Program-made: the position numbers and the translations under genes
Notes under the pieces: generated by a model
What the model was told of the DNA's origin: nothing
The model's database searches: none
Seen by the model: only the letters and a program-made list of their open reading frames with translations
Assembly: GCA_902630355.1 (NCBI GenBank)
Contig: CACOUL010000010.1
Coordinates: 567-64,566 of the forward strand
DNA from: Planctomycetaceae bacterium
GTDB taxonomy: Bacteria > Planctomycetota > Planctomycetia > Pirellulales > UBA7805
Reading direction: 5' to 3'
DNA length: 64,000 bases
Part shown: positions 47,712-56,538 of the stretch, piece after piece
Layout of the letters: every line of letters begins with the position of its first letter
Numbering within the stretch: the first letter of the stretch is position 1

Positions 47712-48041
47712 TTATTCAATAACAGCTAAAATGTCGTCTTCACGCATGAGCAGCAGTTCGTCGTCGCCCACTTTAAAGTTCTCACCCGCGTAGCTTGAGA
47801 AGAGAACCCGGTCTCCCACCTGCACTTGCAGGGTTCCTCGACTACCGTCATCGAGCGGTCGGCCGGGACCCACACTGAGGATCGTTCCGCGAGCAGGTTT
47901 ATCTTTGGCAGACTCGGGCAAAACAATTCCCCCGGCCGTCGTTTCTTGCGAATCCTCTCGTTGGAGAACAACTCGATCTCCCAGAGGTTGAATGTTGATT
48001 TTTGAACCTGATTTTTTCTTGACTTTGGTCGCAGTAGCCAT
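47712..48041 (-). CDS. groES: Co-chaperonin GroES (with an N-terminal Lys-rich extension of about 15 aa)
   Basis: IQPLGDRVVLQRE...TAGGIVLPESAKDKP..G.ILSVGPG. ATG 48041 is preceded by GGGAGGAA. Confidence 0.93.
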   Translation of the reverse strand: MATATKVKKKSGSKINIQPLGDRVVLQREDSQETTAGGIVLPESAKDKPARGTILSVGPGRPLDDGSRGTLQVQVGDRVLFSSYAGENFKVGDDELLLMREDDILAVIE

Positions 48042-48502
48042 CGACTTCTTTTTCCTCCCATTAGGACGCTGCATGGATCAGGGCGGGACCGCGCAGTGGA
48101 GCAGCGATCCGACATTAGGTGGGTTTCCCGGGCCTTCAGGCCAAACCACCCGCCCGGGCAGACCGTCACCCGAACTGCCACTATGGGCACAACGGGGCCC
48201 AACGGCCCCTTAGAACGCAATCCGCGCGCCAAGGATGACCCGTGAATGCAAATTTGACGCTAAATACATGATAGCGTGGAAGTTATGGTGAATATCGAAT
48301 GGAACATCTTCAGCGAGTGTCACGGGAGTCCCACGCACCGGCCAGTCTGCACTGCCATTTTGACAGTTTTGCGAAGGTATCCGACGCACATCGTACGGCC
48401 CTCTCGGGTCCCGCATCGTGCCCGGTTGCGAGCGAAAAACGTTATTCTCTCACTAGGTTTTCTTACCTCGATACACGCTTTGGACACGCTTTGGATTTTC
48501 TC

Positions 48503-50101
48503 ATGATGGATGCTCGACCGTCACTCTCACGCGACGCGATGCGGAGCGAACTTACTGGAAAGGTATTTGATGTGTTGGTGATTGGCGGTGGGGCCACGGG
48601 TCTCGGGGTCGCTGTGGATGCGGCGAGTCGCGGATATCGGACGGCGCTGGTTGAGGCACACGACTTTGCCAAGGGAACGTCGAGTCGGAGTACCAAGCTG
48701 GTGCACGGCGGGGTCCGCTACCTGGAGCAAATGAACTTCTCGTTGGTGACTGAGGCCCTCCGCGAACGAGGGATCATGGCCCGCAATGCCCCTCACCTGG
48801 TAAGCAACCTGGCCTTCGTGGTACCACGCTACAAATGGTGGGAGGGCCCATTCTATGGAATTGGAATGAAACTATACGATGCGTTGGCGGGGGAACTCAA
48901 CATTGAGGCAAGCCGCAGTTTGGGTCGAGATGAGACGATTCAAGCGATACCCAATGTACAACAGGAGGGACTCCTGGGCGGCATCATGTATTACGACGGA
49001 CAATTTGATGATGCTCGTATGGCGATCACCTTAATGCGGACTGCCGTATCGCACGGCGCTACGGTGATGAACTATTGTAAAGTCACGAACCTCCTAAAAA
49101 ACCAAGATCATGTCTGCGGAGTGGAGGTAAACGACTGCGAACTGGATGAAACATTCGATGTTCGCGCTCGGGTGGTCGTTAACGCGACCGGTATCTTTTC
49201 AGATACCATTCGCCGCCTCGACACTCCGGATGCCCCGCCGCAGATTGAACCGGCTCAGGGGATACACTTGGTTTTGCCCGCGTCATTTCAACCCGGGAAA
49301 AATGCCATCATGGTTCCCCACACAGATGATGGCCGAGTCTTATTCGTCATTCCTTGGCATGACCGCGTGGTTGTGGGTACTACCGATACACCGCGCGAGG
49401 AGGCTGAAATAGAACCGCGAGCACTTCCGGAGGAGTTGGGCTTTGTGCTTCGCAATGCGGGTCGCTACATGCAGCGGGAGCCATCGATAAGTGATATTCA
49501 AAGTGTTTTTGCTGGCCAGCGTCCCCTCGTGCATCCAGAGGGTCGAACCGGAGATAGCAAGTCCATCTCAAGATCACACGAGGTTTTTGTCAGTCACAGC
49601 GGATTGGTCACGATTGCGGGCGGTAAGTGGACCACCTATCGCAAAATGGCGGAGGATACCCTCAGCCACGCCATTCCCGTGGGGGGGCTGACACCCGCAC
49701 CCTGTCAAACCGAACATTTGCCTCTACATGCTGCGCCTCAAGATGTGCACAGCCTCCACGGTCTCACCGATACCCTTCGCTTTTACGGAACGGACGCTGA
49801 GGCGATTGAAAAGATCGCTCGCGAGGACCCTAATCTTGCGGAGCCGTTGCACCCATCGCTGCCGTATCGGGGCGCCGAAGTGGTCTGGGCGACGCAGCAT
49901 GAAATGGCAATCCACCTGGAGGATGTGCTTGCACGCCGCACCCGCGCTTTACTGCTCGGCGTTGAAAACTCAAAACAAGCAGCACCTCATGCCGCAAAAC
50001 TCATGGCAAAGCAACTTGGCCGCAATGAAAAGTGGGTCGATCAGGAGGTAGCGCGGTACAACGATCTGGCCGAGGGCTACCTCGCTTCAGAACCTGTGTG
50101 A
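48503..50101 (+). CDS. glpD: FAD-dependent glycerol-3-phosphate dehydrogenase
   Basis: Motifs DVLVIGGGATGLGVAVDAASRG, TSSRSTKLVHGGVRY, GGKWTTYR. Start moved to ATG 48503. Confidence 0.88.
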   Translation: MMDARPSLSRDAMRSELTGKVFDVLVIGGGATGLGVAVDAASRGYRTALVEAHDFAKGTSSRSTKLVHGGVRYLEQMNFSLVTEALRERGIMARNAPHLVSNLAFVVPRYKWWEGPFYGIGMKLYDALAGELNIEASRSLGRDETIQAIPNVQQEGLLGGIMYYDGQFDDARMAITLMRTAVSHGATVMNYCKVTNLLKNQDHVCGVEVNDCELDETFDVRARVVVNATGIFSDTIRRLDTPDAPPQIEPAQGIHLVLPASFQPGKNAIMVPHTDDGRVLFVIPWHDRVVVGTTDTPREEAEIEPRALPEELGFVLRNAGRYMQREPSISDIQSVFAGQRPLVHPEGRTGDSKSISRSHEVFVSHSGLVTIAGGKWTTYRKMAEDTLSHAIPVGGLTPAPCQTEHLPLHAAPQDVHSLHGLTDTLRFYGTDAEAIEKIAREDPNLAEPLHPSLPYRGAEVVWATQHEMAIHLEDVLARRTRALLLGVENSKQAAPHAAKLMAKQLGRNEKWVDQEVARYNDLAEGYLASEPV

Positions 50102-50147
50102 AACCATCTCGTCGCTCCTCAGCGATATTTTAAAGAACAATTTTCTC

Positions 50148-50864
50148 ATGTGTGGACGCTTTACACTCAAAACACCAATCGAATCGATTCGTCGCCAAAT
50201 GAATCTGTTCGAGATTAGGCCACAAGCGCCCCAAGGGTTCCACTCGATACCCCGCTACAATATTTGCCCGAGCGAGGAGATTCTGGTGCTCCGCAAAGGA
50301 CTCCGGAGTCCCGCAGATACAGCCCGAGCACCGTCCGTAGAATTCCTCACCATGCAGTGGGGATTCTCTGTAGAAAAGACGAAACGGATCGTGAATACGC
50401 GAGCGGAAACACTCCTTGATCACGAGAGACCACCGCGCGGGGAGCCCGCCCGGCGGTGTGTGATTGTTGCCGACGGGTACTACGAGTGGAAGCAGGAGGG
50501 GGCCCATAAAATCCCCTATTATTTTTTCCGTCCACAACAAAAAATATTCGGCATGGCCGGATTGTGGCGAACCCGCAAAGACCACGCAGAAAATAGAACC
50601 GAGTCCTGTACCATTCTTACCGTTCAGGCAAATGAAAAGGTCGGCAAAATCCATGAGAGAATGCCCGCGCTTCTTGATATTGAACAAACTTTGCGTTGGC
50701 TTGAAGTGGACTTACGGCGTGAATCGCTCCAAGACTTACTCATTCCTGCACCGAACGCTTGGCTCCAATCGCATCCCGTACATCACCGCATCAATCGGGT
50801 TGGAATCGATGACCCGCAATGCGTCAAACCGGTTTACTACGACCAACAAAAAAGTCTGTTTTAG
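50148..50864 (+). CDS. SOS-response-associated peptidase (SRAP/YedK family, abasic-site sensor)
   Basis: N-terminal MCGRF (catalytic Cys2), then NTRAET, DGYYEW, ILT..AN motifs. Confidence 0.88.
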   Translation: MCGRFTLKTPIESIRRQMNLFEIRPQAPQGFHSIPRYNICPSEEILVLRKGLRSPADTARAPSVEFLTMQWGFSVEKTKRIVNTRAETLLDHERPPRGEPARRCVIVADGYYEWKQEGAHKIPYYFFRPQQKIFGMAGLWRTRKDHAENRTESCTILTVQANEKVGKIHERMPALLDIEQTLRWLEVDLRRESLQDLLIPAPNAWLQSHPVHHRINRVGIDDPQCVKPVYYDQQKSLF

Positions 50865-51074
50865 GCGGCCTTCTGTAGGGCAAATCGTGCGCCAAAGAAA
50901 AACACAAAATTGATTTTATCCAAATCAATTCTTGTTGAAGCAGAATTATCAATTTGCCGATGTAAGGATAGTGTCTCTAAAAATTCATCCAAAAATAATT
51001 TTCTCAAATATATTCCACTTGATCTGTGGTTAAAATTTACGTATTGAACTACGCAATCTTCGGTTTCCAATTCC

Positions 51075-51236
51075 GTCGGAGGGACTAACCAAAAGCGTTG
51101 GCTTGGGATTCATAAAAGCGGTGCAAAGCACTGCCGGTCCCCGCCATTCTCGCAGCGACCTCCACCGTCGCAATGGGCCGAAGATCAATGAGGCTGCGGT
51201 TTTCTCCAAGGAGAAGGCCGGCGGCCTTTTTTATTT
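51075..51236 (+). ncRNA. Structured intergenic RNA candidate (cobalamin-riboswitch-like sequence blocks) ending in an intrinsic terminator
   Basis: Hairpins at 51118..51134 and 51155..51171. Blocks GGTGCAAAGC, GGTCCCCGCCATTCT and GGGCCGAAGATC appear in the order of the conserved cobalamin-riboswitch core blocks. Terminator at 51212..51236. No credible plus-strand ORF downstream. Confidence 0.3.
51212..51236 (+). terminator. Intrinsic terminator (plus strand)
   Basis: AGAAGGCC-ggc-GGCCTTTT stem followed by TTTTATTT. Confidence 0.55.
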
Positions 51237-51300
51237 GATACATCCATTTATGGAGTATCGTCGCACTTCAGATCGCATCGTTGGCAATTGTGGAAAAGAA

Positions 51301-51678
51301 TCACGCCAGTGGGTCTTGTTGATGGTTACCAGGACATTGTGAAATGATGGCCCGTATTTGCGACAAAAATTCTCCGCGGGCGTAGACTTGATCACAACCA
51401 ACATCCTGTGCAAGTTTTATTTTCTGAGTATGCACATGAGGCACAAACGCAATCAGGGTGACGTTTATTCCTTGTGATCGTATCCAGTTTGCCACACACT
51501 CGATATCGAGTCCGGGTAGCATGAGATCGATCAACACAACATCGGCTGGCAACTCTTTCCAGGAGGATTGCAGATTTTCAAGAGAGAGAACCTGCTCTAA
51601 AGAACAGTTGAGGTCCCTCACAATACCATCGACGCGCGGGACAATCATGAGGTCGTGTGTGAGGAGGGCGAACTTCAT
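51301..51678 (-). CDS. Single-domain response-regulator receiver-like protein (atypical)
   Basis: VVLIDLMLPGLD (phospho-acceptor Asp context) is present. The N-terminal acidic pair, the conserved Thr/Ser and the KP motif are not evident. Start moved to ATG 51678. Confidence 0.55.
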   Translation of the reverse strand: MKFALLTHDLMIVPRVDGIVRDLNCSLEQVLSLENLQSSWKELPADVVLIDLMLPGLDIECVANWIRSQGINVTLIAFVPHVHTQKIKLAQDVGCDQVYARGEFLSQIRAIISQCPGNHQQDPLA

Positions 51679-51828
51679 GACACTTATTTTTGCACGGTGG
51701 TATCGAACCGAAAATCGTTTCAACGCTCGTCGTCAGTCGGTCAATCCACGCTCTAGCCTTCCAAGAAGTCGTGATTGGCGACTATTGGTTGTACCGTTTT
51801 TAAATCAGTTACACAAAACGTTACAGTA

Positions 51829-52839
51829 ATGGTTATGGAAAAAATTCAGGACATTCTCGACTACTTTCCGGTCGATTGTGTCTCAACGCAAGTGGAGAGT
51901 TTAGGGTCGGCTGGAGGTTTCAGCGGTGCTCTGCTCTGGAAAGTCCATGCTCCCCGGGGGCCGCTTTGTCTGCGACGTTGGCCGCGCGAACATCCGTCGC
52001 AAAAACGACTCGAGTTTATTCATGGATTACTGGGGCATGTGGCAACCAATGGATGCCCTATCGTGCCAGTGCCCGTTCATTTGCGATCCAGTACACCGTC
52101 GACGTTTGTGAAACAGGATGGCTATTTATGGGAGCTTGCGCCTTGGATGCCGGGAGAGGCCAATTTCGAACAAAATCCATCGACTGAAAAATTGTGTAAC
52201 GCGGCACGCGCGCTCGCCTCTTTTCATCATGCCTCGTCCGACTACCGGAGACCGACCGCATCGAGTGGGCCCGCTCCGGGGGTTTGCGAGCGGTTGGAAA
52301 AAACGCGCATTTGGCGACAGAATGATTTGGAGCGAATCGATGCCCAGATCAAAACAACAAGCACGCTTGCTTCCCCAATCGATATCGGTCAATCGCAAAT
52401 GATTCTGAATCATGCAAAAAATACGATTGAGGCAGTCGAGCGCGAGCTATCGGCGCTTTCCACATTGGACGTACCGATTCAATCTTGTATTCGCGACGTT
52501 TGGGAGCAGCACCTTTTGTTTTCGGGAGACGAAGTCACCGGACTGGTCGATTTTGGTGCGGCCCGCCCCGATACTGTGGTAGTGGACATCGTACGACTTT
52601 TAGGGAGCCTTGCCATCAACGACCAGCAATTGTGGAAAATAGGCCTTCAGGCGTACGAATCATTGCGTCCACTATCGTCGGCCGAGCGATCCCTGCTCCC
52701 GGCACTCGACCGTAGCGCCATACTGCTTTCGGGGTTGAATTGGCTTCGCTGGATTTTTCTTGAAAATCGCAACTTCAGCAATTGGTCTGCAGTCACTTCG
52801 CGTTTGAACAAAATTATTACACGTATTGAAAATAGTTAA
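51829..52839 (+). CDS. Phosphotransferase-family (APH/CotS/homoserine-kinase-II-like) protein kinase fold
   Basis: LWKV...LRRWP N-lobe; IRDVWEQHLLF...GLVDFGAA catalytic/DFG-like segment. ATG 51829 preferred over TTG 51775. Confidence 0.65.
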   Translation: MVMEKIQDILDYFPVDCVSTQVESLGSAGGFSGALLWKVHAPRGPLCLRRWPREHPSQKRLEFIHGLLGHVATNGCPIVPVPVHLRSSTPSTFVKQDGYLWELAPWMPGEANFEQNPSTEKLCNAARALASFHHASSDYRRPTASSGPAPGVCERLEKTRIWRQNDLERIDAQIKTTSTLASPIDIGQSQMILNHAKNTIEAVERELSALSTLDVPIQSCIRDVWEQHLLFSGDEVTGLVDFGAARPDTVVVDIVRLLGSLAINDQQLWKIGLQAYESLRPLSSAERSLLPALDRSAILLSGLNWLRWIFLENRNFSNWSAVTSRLNKIITRIENS

Positions 52840-52993
52840 ATATCTATGAGTCGTAGCTTGCCTTTGTGCAATCCTTAATTTGATTGTCTCATCCCCCGTA
52901 CAATGACCGATAATCCTCAGGAAGATTACATTGACCGGCACGCCGGGGCCGCAATACAATAAAGAGTCCAATCTCTACGGCAGGGACCCTTCG

Positions 52994-55405
52994 ATGCGAT
53001 TTCGCTCGTTACTCACATCGCGACACCGTGCTTTTCTCGTCACGGCAGCAGTGCTAGCGATCGCGCTGCCGTTCGGAGGCGAAGTCCAGTCCCGGGCGGC
53101 CGAACGGGTAGAAGTGTCGGCCCAAATTTTTCCTCAGCAGGGGGCAAAGGCAGAACTGCGGATCACGGCAAAAATTATCCCCGGTTGGCACATTTATTCG
53201 ATCACACAAAAGCCGGGTGGGCCCAAACCGACGCGCATCAATTTAGTCGCCTCCAATCGTTACCGCATTGCAGGGGATTTCGTCGCCGTGCCCCCGGCCG
53301 TAGTTCACCACTACGACTTCTGGCCCGATCTTGATGTCGAGGAGCACGAGCAGCAGGTGACGTGGTCCGTCCCAATCGAGGCAGAAAACGGCTGGCAGGG
53401 CGTTACGATCGCGGGAGATGTCCAGGGACAAGTTTGCAAGGATCTCTGCGTCAATTTTTCGCAAACATTCGAGGCAAGCGTTGCCCCCGGTGCGGCCGCG
53501 ATCAGCGACTCGACCGCTGGCCTGCCTCCCCCAGTCTCATCAGTCAGCCCCCAGTCGCAACAAAACCTCCGATCCGAATCATTCAGTACGCCTTACGTCG
53601 ATGTTTCGGGCGAACTGGTACCTGGAGGTGTGGAGGAGGAAGGTCGAACGCAATTGATTCTTCGGGCAACGCTCGCGCCCGAATGGCACGTCTACGCTTA
53701 CGAAAAGCAGGCACCATCCGACCCCGTCCGATCGCGTCCGACGCTCATCGTACTGGATCAGCGGGATGGTCTCCTTGCCGGCACGCCTCGGGCGAGTTCG
53801 CCAGTGATTAGCAAAGCGCGCGATCAGTTCCCGGAGTACGTCGATAATTTTCACCATGGCGATGTTGATTGGATTATCGACATCGAGGTGCCTGACGATG
53901 CACGCATAGGGACCCATACCCTCAGTGGCTGGTTTGGTTTTATGGCGTGTAAGGACGACGGAACGATGTGCGATCCCCCCAAGGCAGCAAAGTTTGAAGT
54001 CAATCTTGAAGTGGGACAGAAGTTGGCGACGAACAGCAGGGTAACGTTCGTTTCAACAAGCTATGCGAAAGCGGCTTCTGCAGCAGAACGGGCCGCTCCG
54101 TGGGATTTAGTGATTCCGCAAGCGAAAGCATGGACCTGGGGTTCGCTGATCACCAACATGGGGTGGGCCCTGCTGGCCGGCCTGTTGTTGAATGTGATGC
54201 CATGTGTTTTGCCCGTCATAGGGCTCAAGGCAATGTCGTTTGTGCAACAGGCAAATGAAAGTCGGAGCCGTATTCTGACTTTGAATCTGGCGTTTTCTGC
54301 TGGGATTCTTTTTGTATTTCTGATCCTGGCGCTGTTTGCGGCTTTTGCAGGCCTCGCCTGGGCAGACCAGTTTCAGGATCCACGCTTTGGAATTGCCATG
54401 GCGTCACTCGTTTTTGTGTTTGCCTTGAGTCTCTTGGGCATCTGGGAAATTCCGATTCCCGGTTTTGTCGGCTCGAGCGCCGCGCAGTCTGTCGCCGAGC
54501 GAGAGGGCCTTTCGGGCGCATTTTTTAAAGGCGTCCTGAGTACACTTTTGGCCACGCCGTGTGTGGGTCCGTTTATGTTTACCGGGCTCACGTTCGCCGC
54601 CGAACAACACTCACCCGTAATCACGCTGGTTATTTTCGGTGCGATGGGCATCGGCATGGCGCTCCCGTTCCTGCTGATCGGTGCCTTCCCCGCCTGGATT
54701 CGCTTTCTTCCAAAGCCTGGAGCGTGGATGGAATCTTTTAAGCACTTGATGGGGTTTGTCTTGCTGGGAACAGTCGTTTGGATCTTTTACGCATTCGTGC
54801 CCGACCATTACTTTGTTCCCGCACTCGGTTTACTTTTCGGACTCTGGCTGGCTTGTTGGTGGGCCAACCGTACCCCGATGACCGCTGCGCTACCGGATCG
54901 GCTTTATGGTTGGTTGGTTGCGGCGGTACTCGCCGCTTTCACAGGATATGCCTCATTCGCGCTACTCGAAAAATCACCCCAACCGCAAACTGCCCAGGCC
55001 GCCTCAGGCGACTGGGAACTTTTCTCACAAGAAAAGCTCGATCGCCTCCGGGAGCAGGGCTCGACGGTGCTGATTGATTTTACGGCCGACGGCTGACTGA
55101 TCTGCAAAACAAACGAGGCAGTTGCCTTGCAAACCGAGACGACCGAGTCGTATATGCGCGAGAATGGAATTATTGGTCTTATTGCCGATAAGACAGAAGA
55201 AGCCCCGGAAATTGATCGCCTCATGCTCGAACTGGGGCACAGTAGTCTGGGAATTCCGCTTTACGCTCTCTATCCGTCCGATGGACGCCCCCCGATTGTT
55301 TTCAGTGGGTTATTAACCGAAGGGACGCTGCTGGACCGATTGAGGGAGGCAGGGCCATCACGCGGGTTCGGCACCCAGACGGCCAGGGCATCGATTCCCA
55401 AGTAA
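52994..55405 (+). CDS. dsbD: DsbD-family thiol:disulfide reductase with an in-frame TGA (55094..55096) at the first Cys of CxxC: candidate selenoprotein, otherwise a pseudogene
   Basis: ORFs 52931..55096 and 55127..55405 share one frame and are separated only by this TGA. Read-through gives a contiguous thioredoxin-fold domain (DFTADG-U-LICK ... LGIPLYALYP). Upstream are two alpha-like domains with Cys pairs and a membrane beta domain (MPCVLP, TPCVGP). Signal-peptide start at ATG 52994. Confidence 0.65.
55114..55129 (+). promoter_or_regulatory. Candidate bacterial SECIS-like hairpin downstream of the in-frame TGA
   Basis: CGAGGC-AGUU-GCCUUG: 6 bp including one G-U pair, with apical loop AGUU starting 23 nt after the UGA. 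A second hairpin lies at 55139..55151. Confidence 0.35.
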
Positions 55406-55443
55406 AGCTTCAGCTTCCCTCTCGCAAGAGATACCGGAGTATT

Positions 55444-56313
55444 TTATTCCCGATCGGGTGTAGTCCGCGTGTCCTGATGCGTTTCTTTTTGTAACCATCC
55501 CGGCCCCGAAGTATCGCGGGAAAAACCTTTCGCTCCCAACGATAAAATTGTCGAATCGGGAACCCGATGCAGCGGGGTATAACTTGGATGATGGGATTCC
55601 TTAAAGGGTTGATTGGATCGCGCATTGTAGCAACAGATCATCGACCATCGCGGCGCCTCCGAGTGATTTGCATCGCTGCAATGAAGCAGATTGGGGTGAA
55701 AGAATAAAACATCCCCGGGTCGCATCGCAATATGTTCCACCCGAAAGTTCTCAAGCACCGCACGCATCCGCTCAGGTTCGACTTCTGCTTGCTGACCGAC
55801 GCGCCGGTGCTCGAGGCGGCCCATCGTATGGCTTTCCGGAATGACCTGAAGGCATCCATTCCGTTCAGTCGCCGCATCGACTGCAATAAAGCAACTTGTG
55901 AGTTGGGGGCGTAGAATCCCATTGTGATACCAGTACCCGTAATCTTGATGCCAACTCCAGGCGCCCCCGATCCCCGCCTCTTTCATAATCATTTTTGAGT
56001 GATAGTGGTAAGGTTCATCTCCGAGGATCTGTTCAGCCGCATCGACCACTCGACGACACCGCGCAAACATTCCATAAATGTCATCGCCCGGATGATTCCA
56101 CACGGAAAGGCTTACGGGATTTCCCTGTCCATCCGATTTTTTAAACGCGTGATTCTCAAGTTCCCGATCTTCCTTCGCAGTCGACCGCAGAAGGTCGATT
56201 TCATCTCGGTGAAAATGAGATGCGAGACACAGATATCCCCTGTCGTGATAGTTGCGGAGTTGCGATGCTGAGAGTTGAAATCCCATGTACTGTTTTTCCC
56301 GAGAAGCTTTCAC
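55444..56313 (-). CDS. Phytanoyl-CoA dioxygenase (PhyH)-family Fe(II)/2-oxoglutarate oxygenase
   Basis: WHQDYGYW (HxD), LFFHPNLLHCSDAN (distal His), N-terminal QLRNYHDRGYL. Alternative ATG start at 56286. Confidence 0.8.
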   Translation of the reverse strand: MKASREKQYMGFQLSASQLRNYHDRGYLCLASHFHRDEIDLLRSTAKEDRELENHAFKKSDGQGNPVSLSVWNHPGDDIYGMFARCRRVVDAAEQILGDEPYHYHSKMIMKEAGIGGAWSWHQDYGYWYHNGILRPQLTSCFIAVDAATERNGCLQVIPESHTMGRLEHRRVGQQAEVEPERMRAVLENFRVEHIAMRPGDVLFFHPNLLHCSDANHSEAPRWSMICCYNARSNQPFKESHHPSYTPLHRVPDSTILSLGAKGFSRDTSGPGWLQKETHQDTRTTPDRE

Positions 56314-56538
56314 ATCGGGTAAAAGTCGCCGAACGAAACCCGATTGTGAGGGTGAGGCGTGTTTTTGTCTATTTGTCGATGAAAATAAGGGGCCCCCGTT
56401 GCCGGAGAAAACCGCTTTCCAGAAATGTCTCCGGTTTAGGTTATTTTCCCCGGTACCTGTCTAACATAAAATCTGAGGTAGCGTGAAGGCATTGGATCTT
56501 CCTCTTGAAACTCACCGGATTTGTTGCGCACCGTAGCT

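Noticed and set aside
51103-51342. A 79-aa plus-strand ORF covering the structured intergenic region.
   Set aside because: It runs straight through a strong intrinsic terminator and hairpins and has an Arg/Ser-rich composition with no motif. The region is more likely non-coding RNA.
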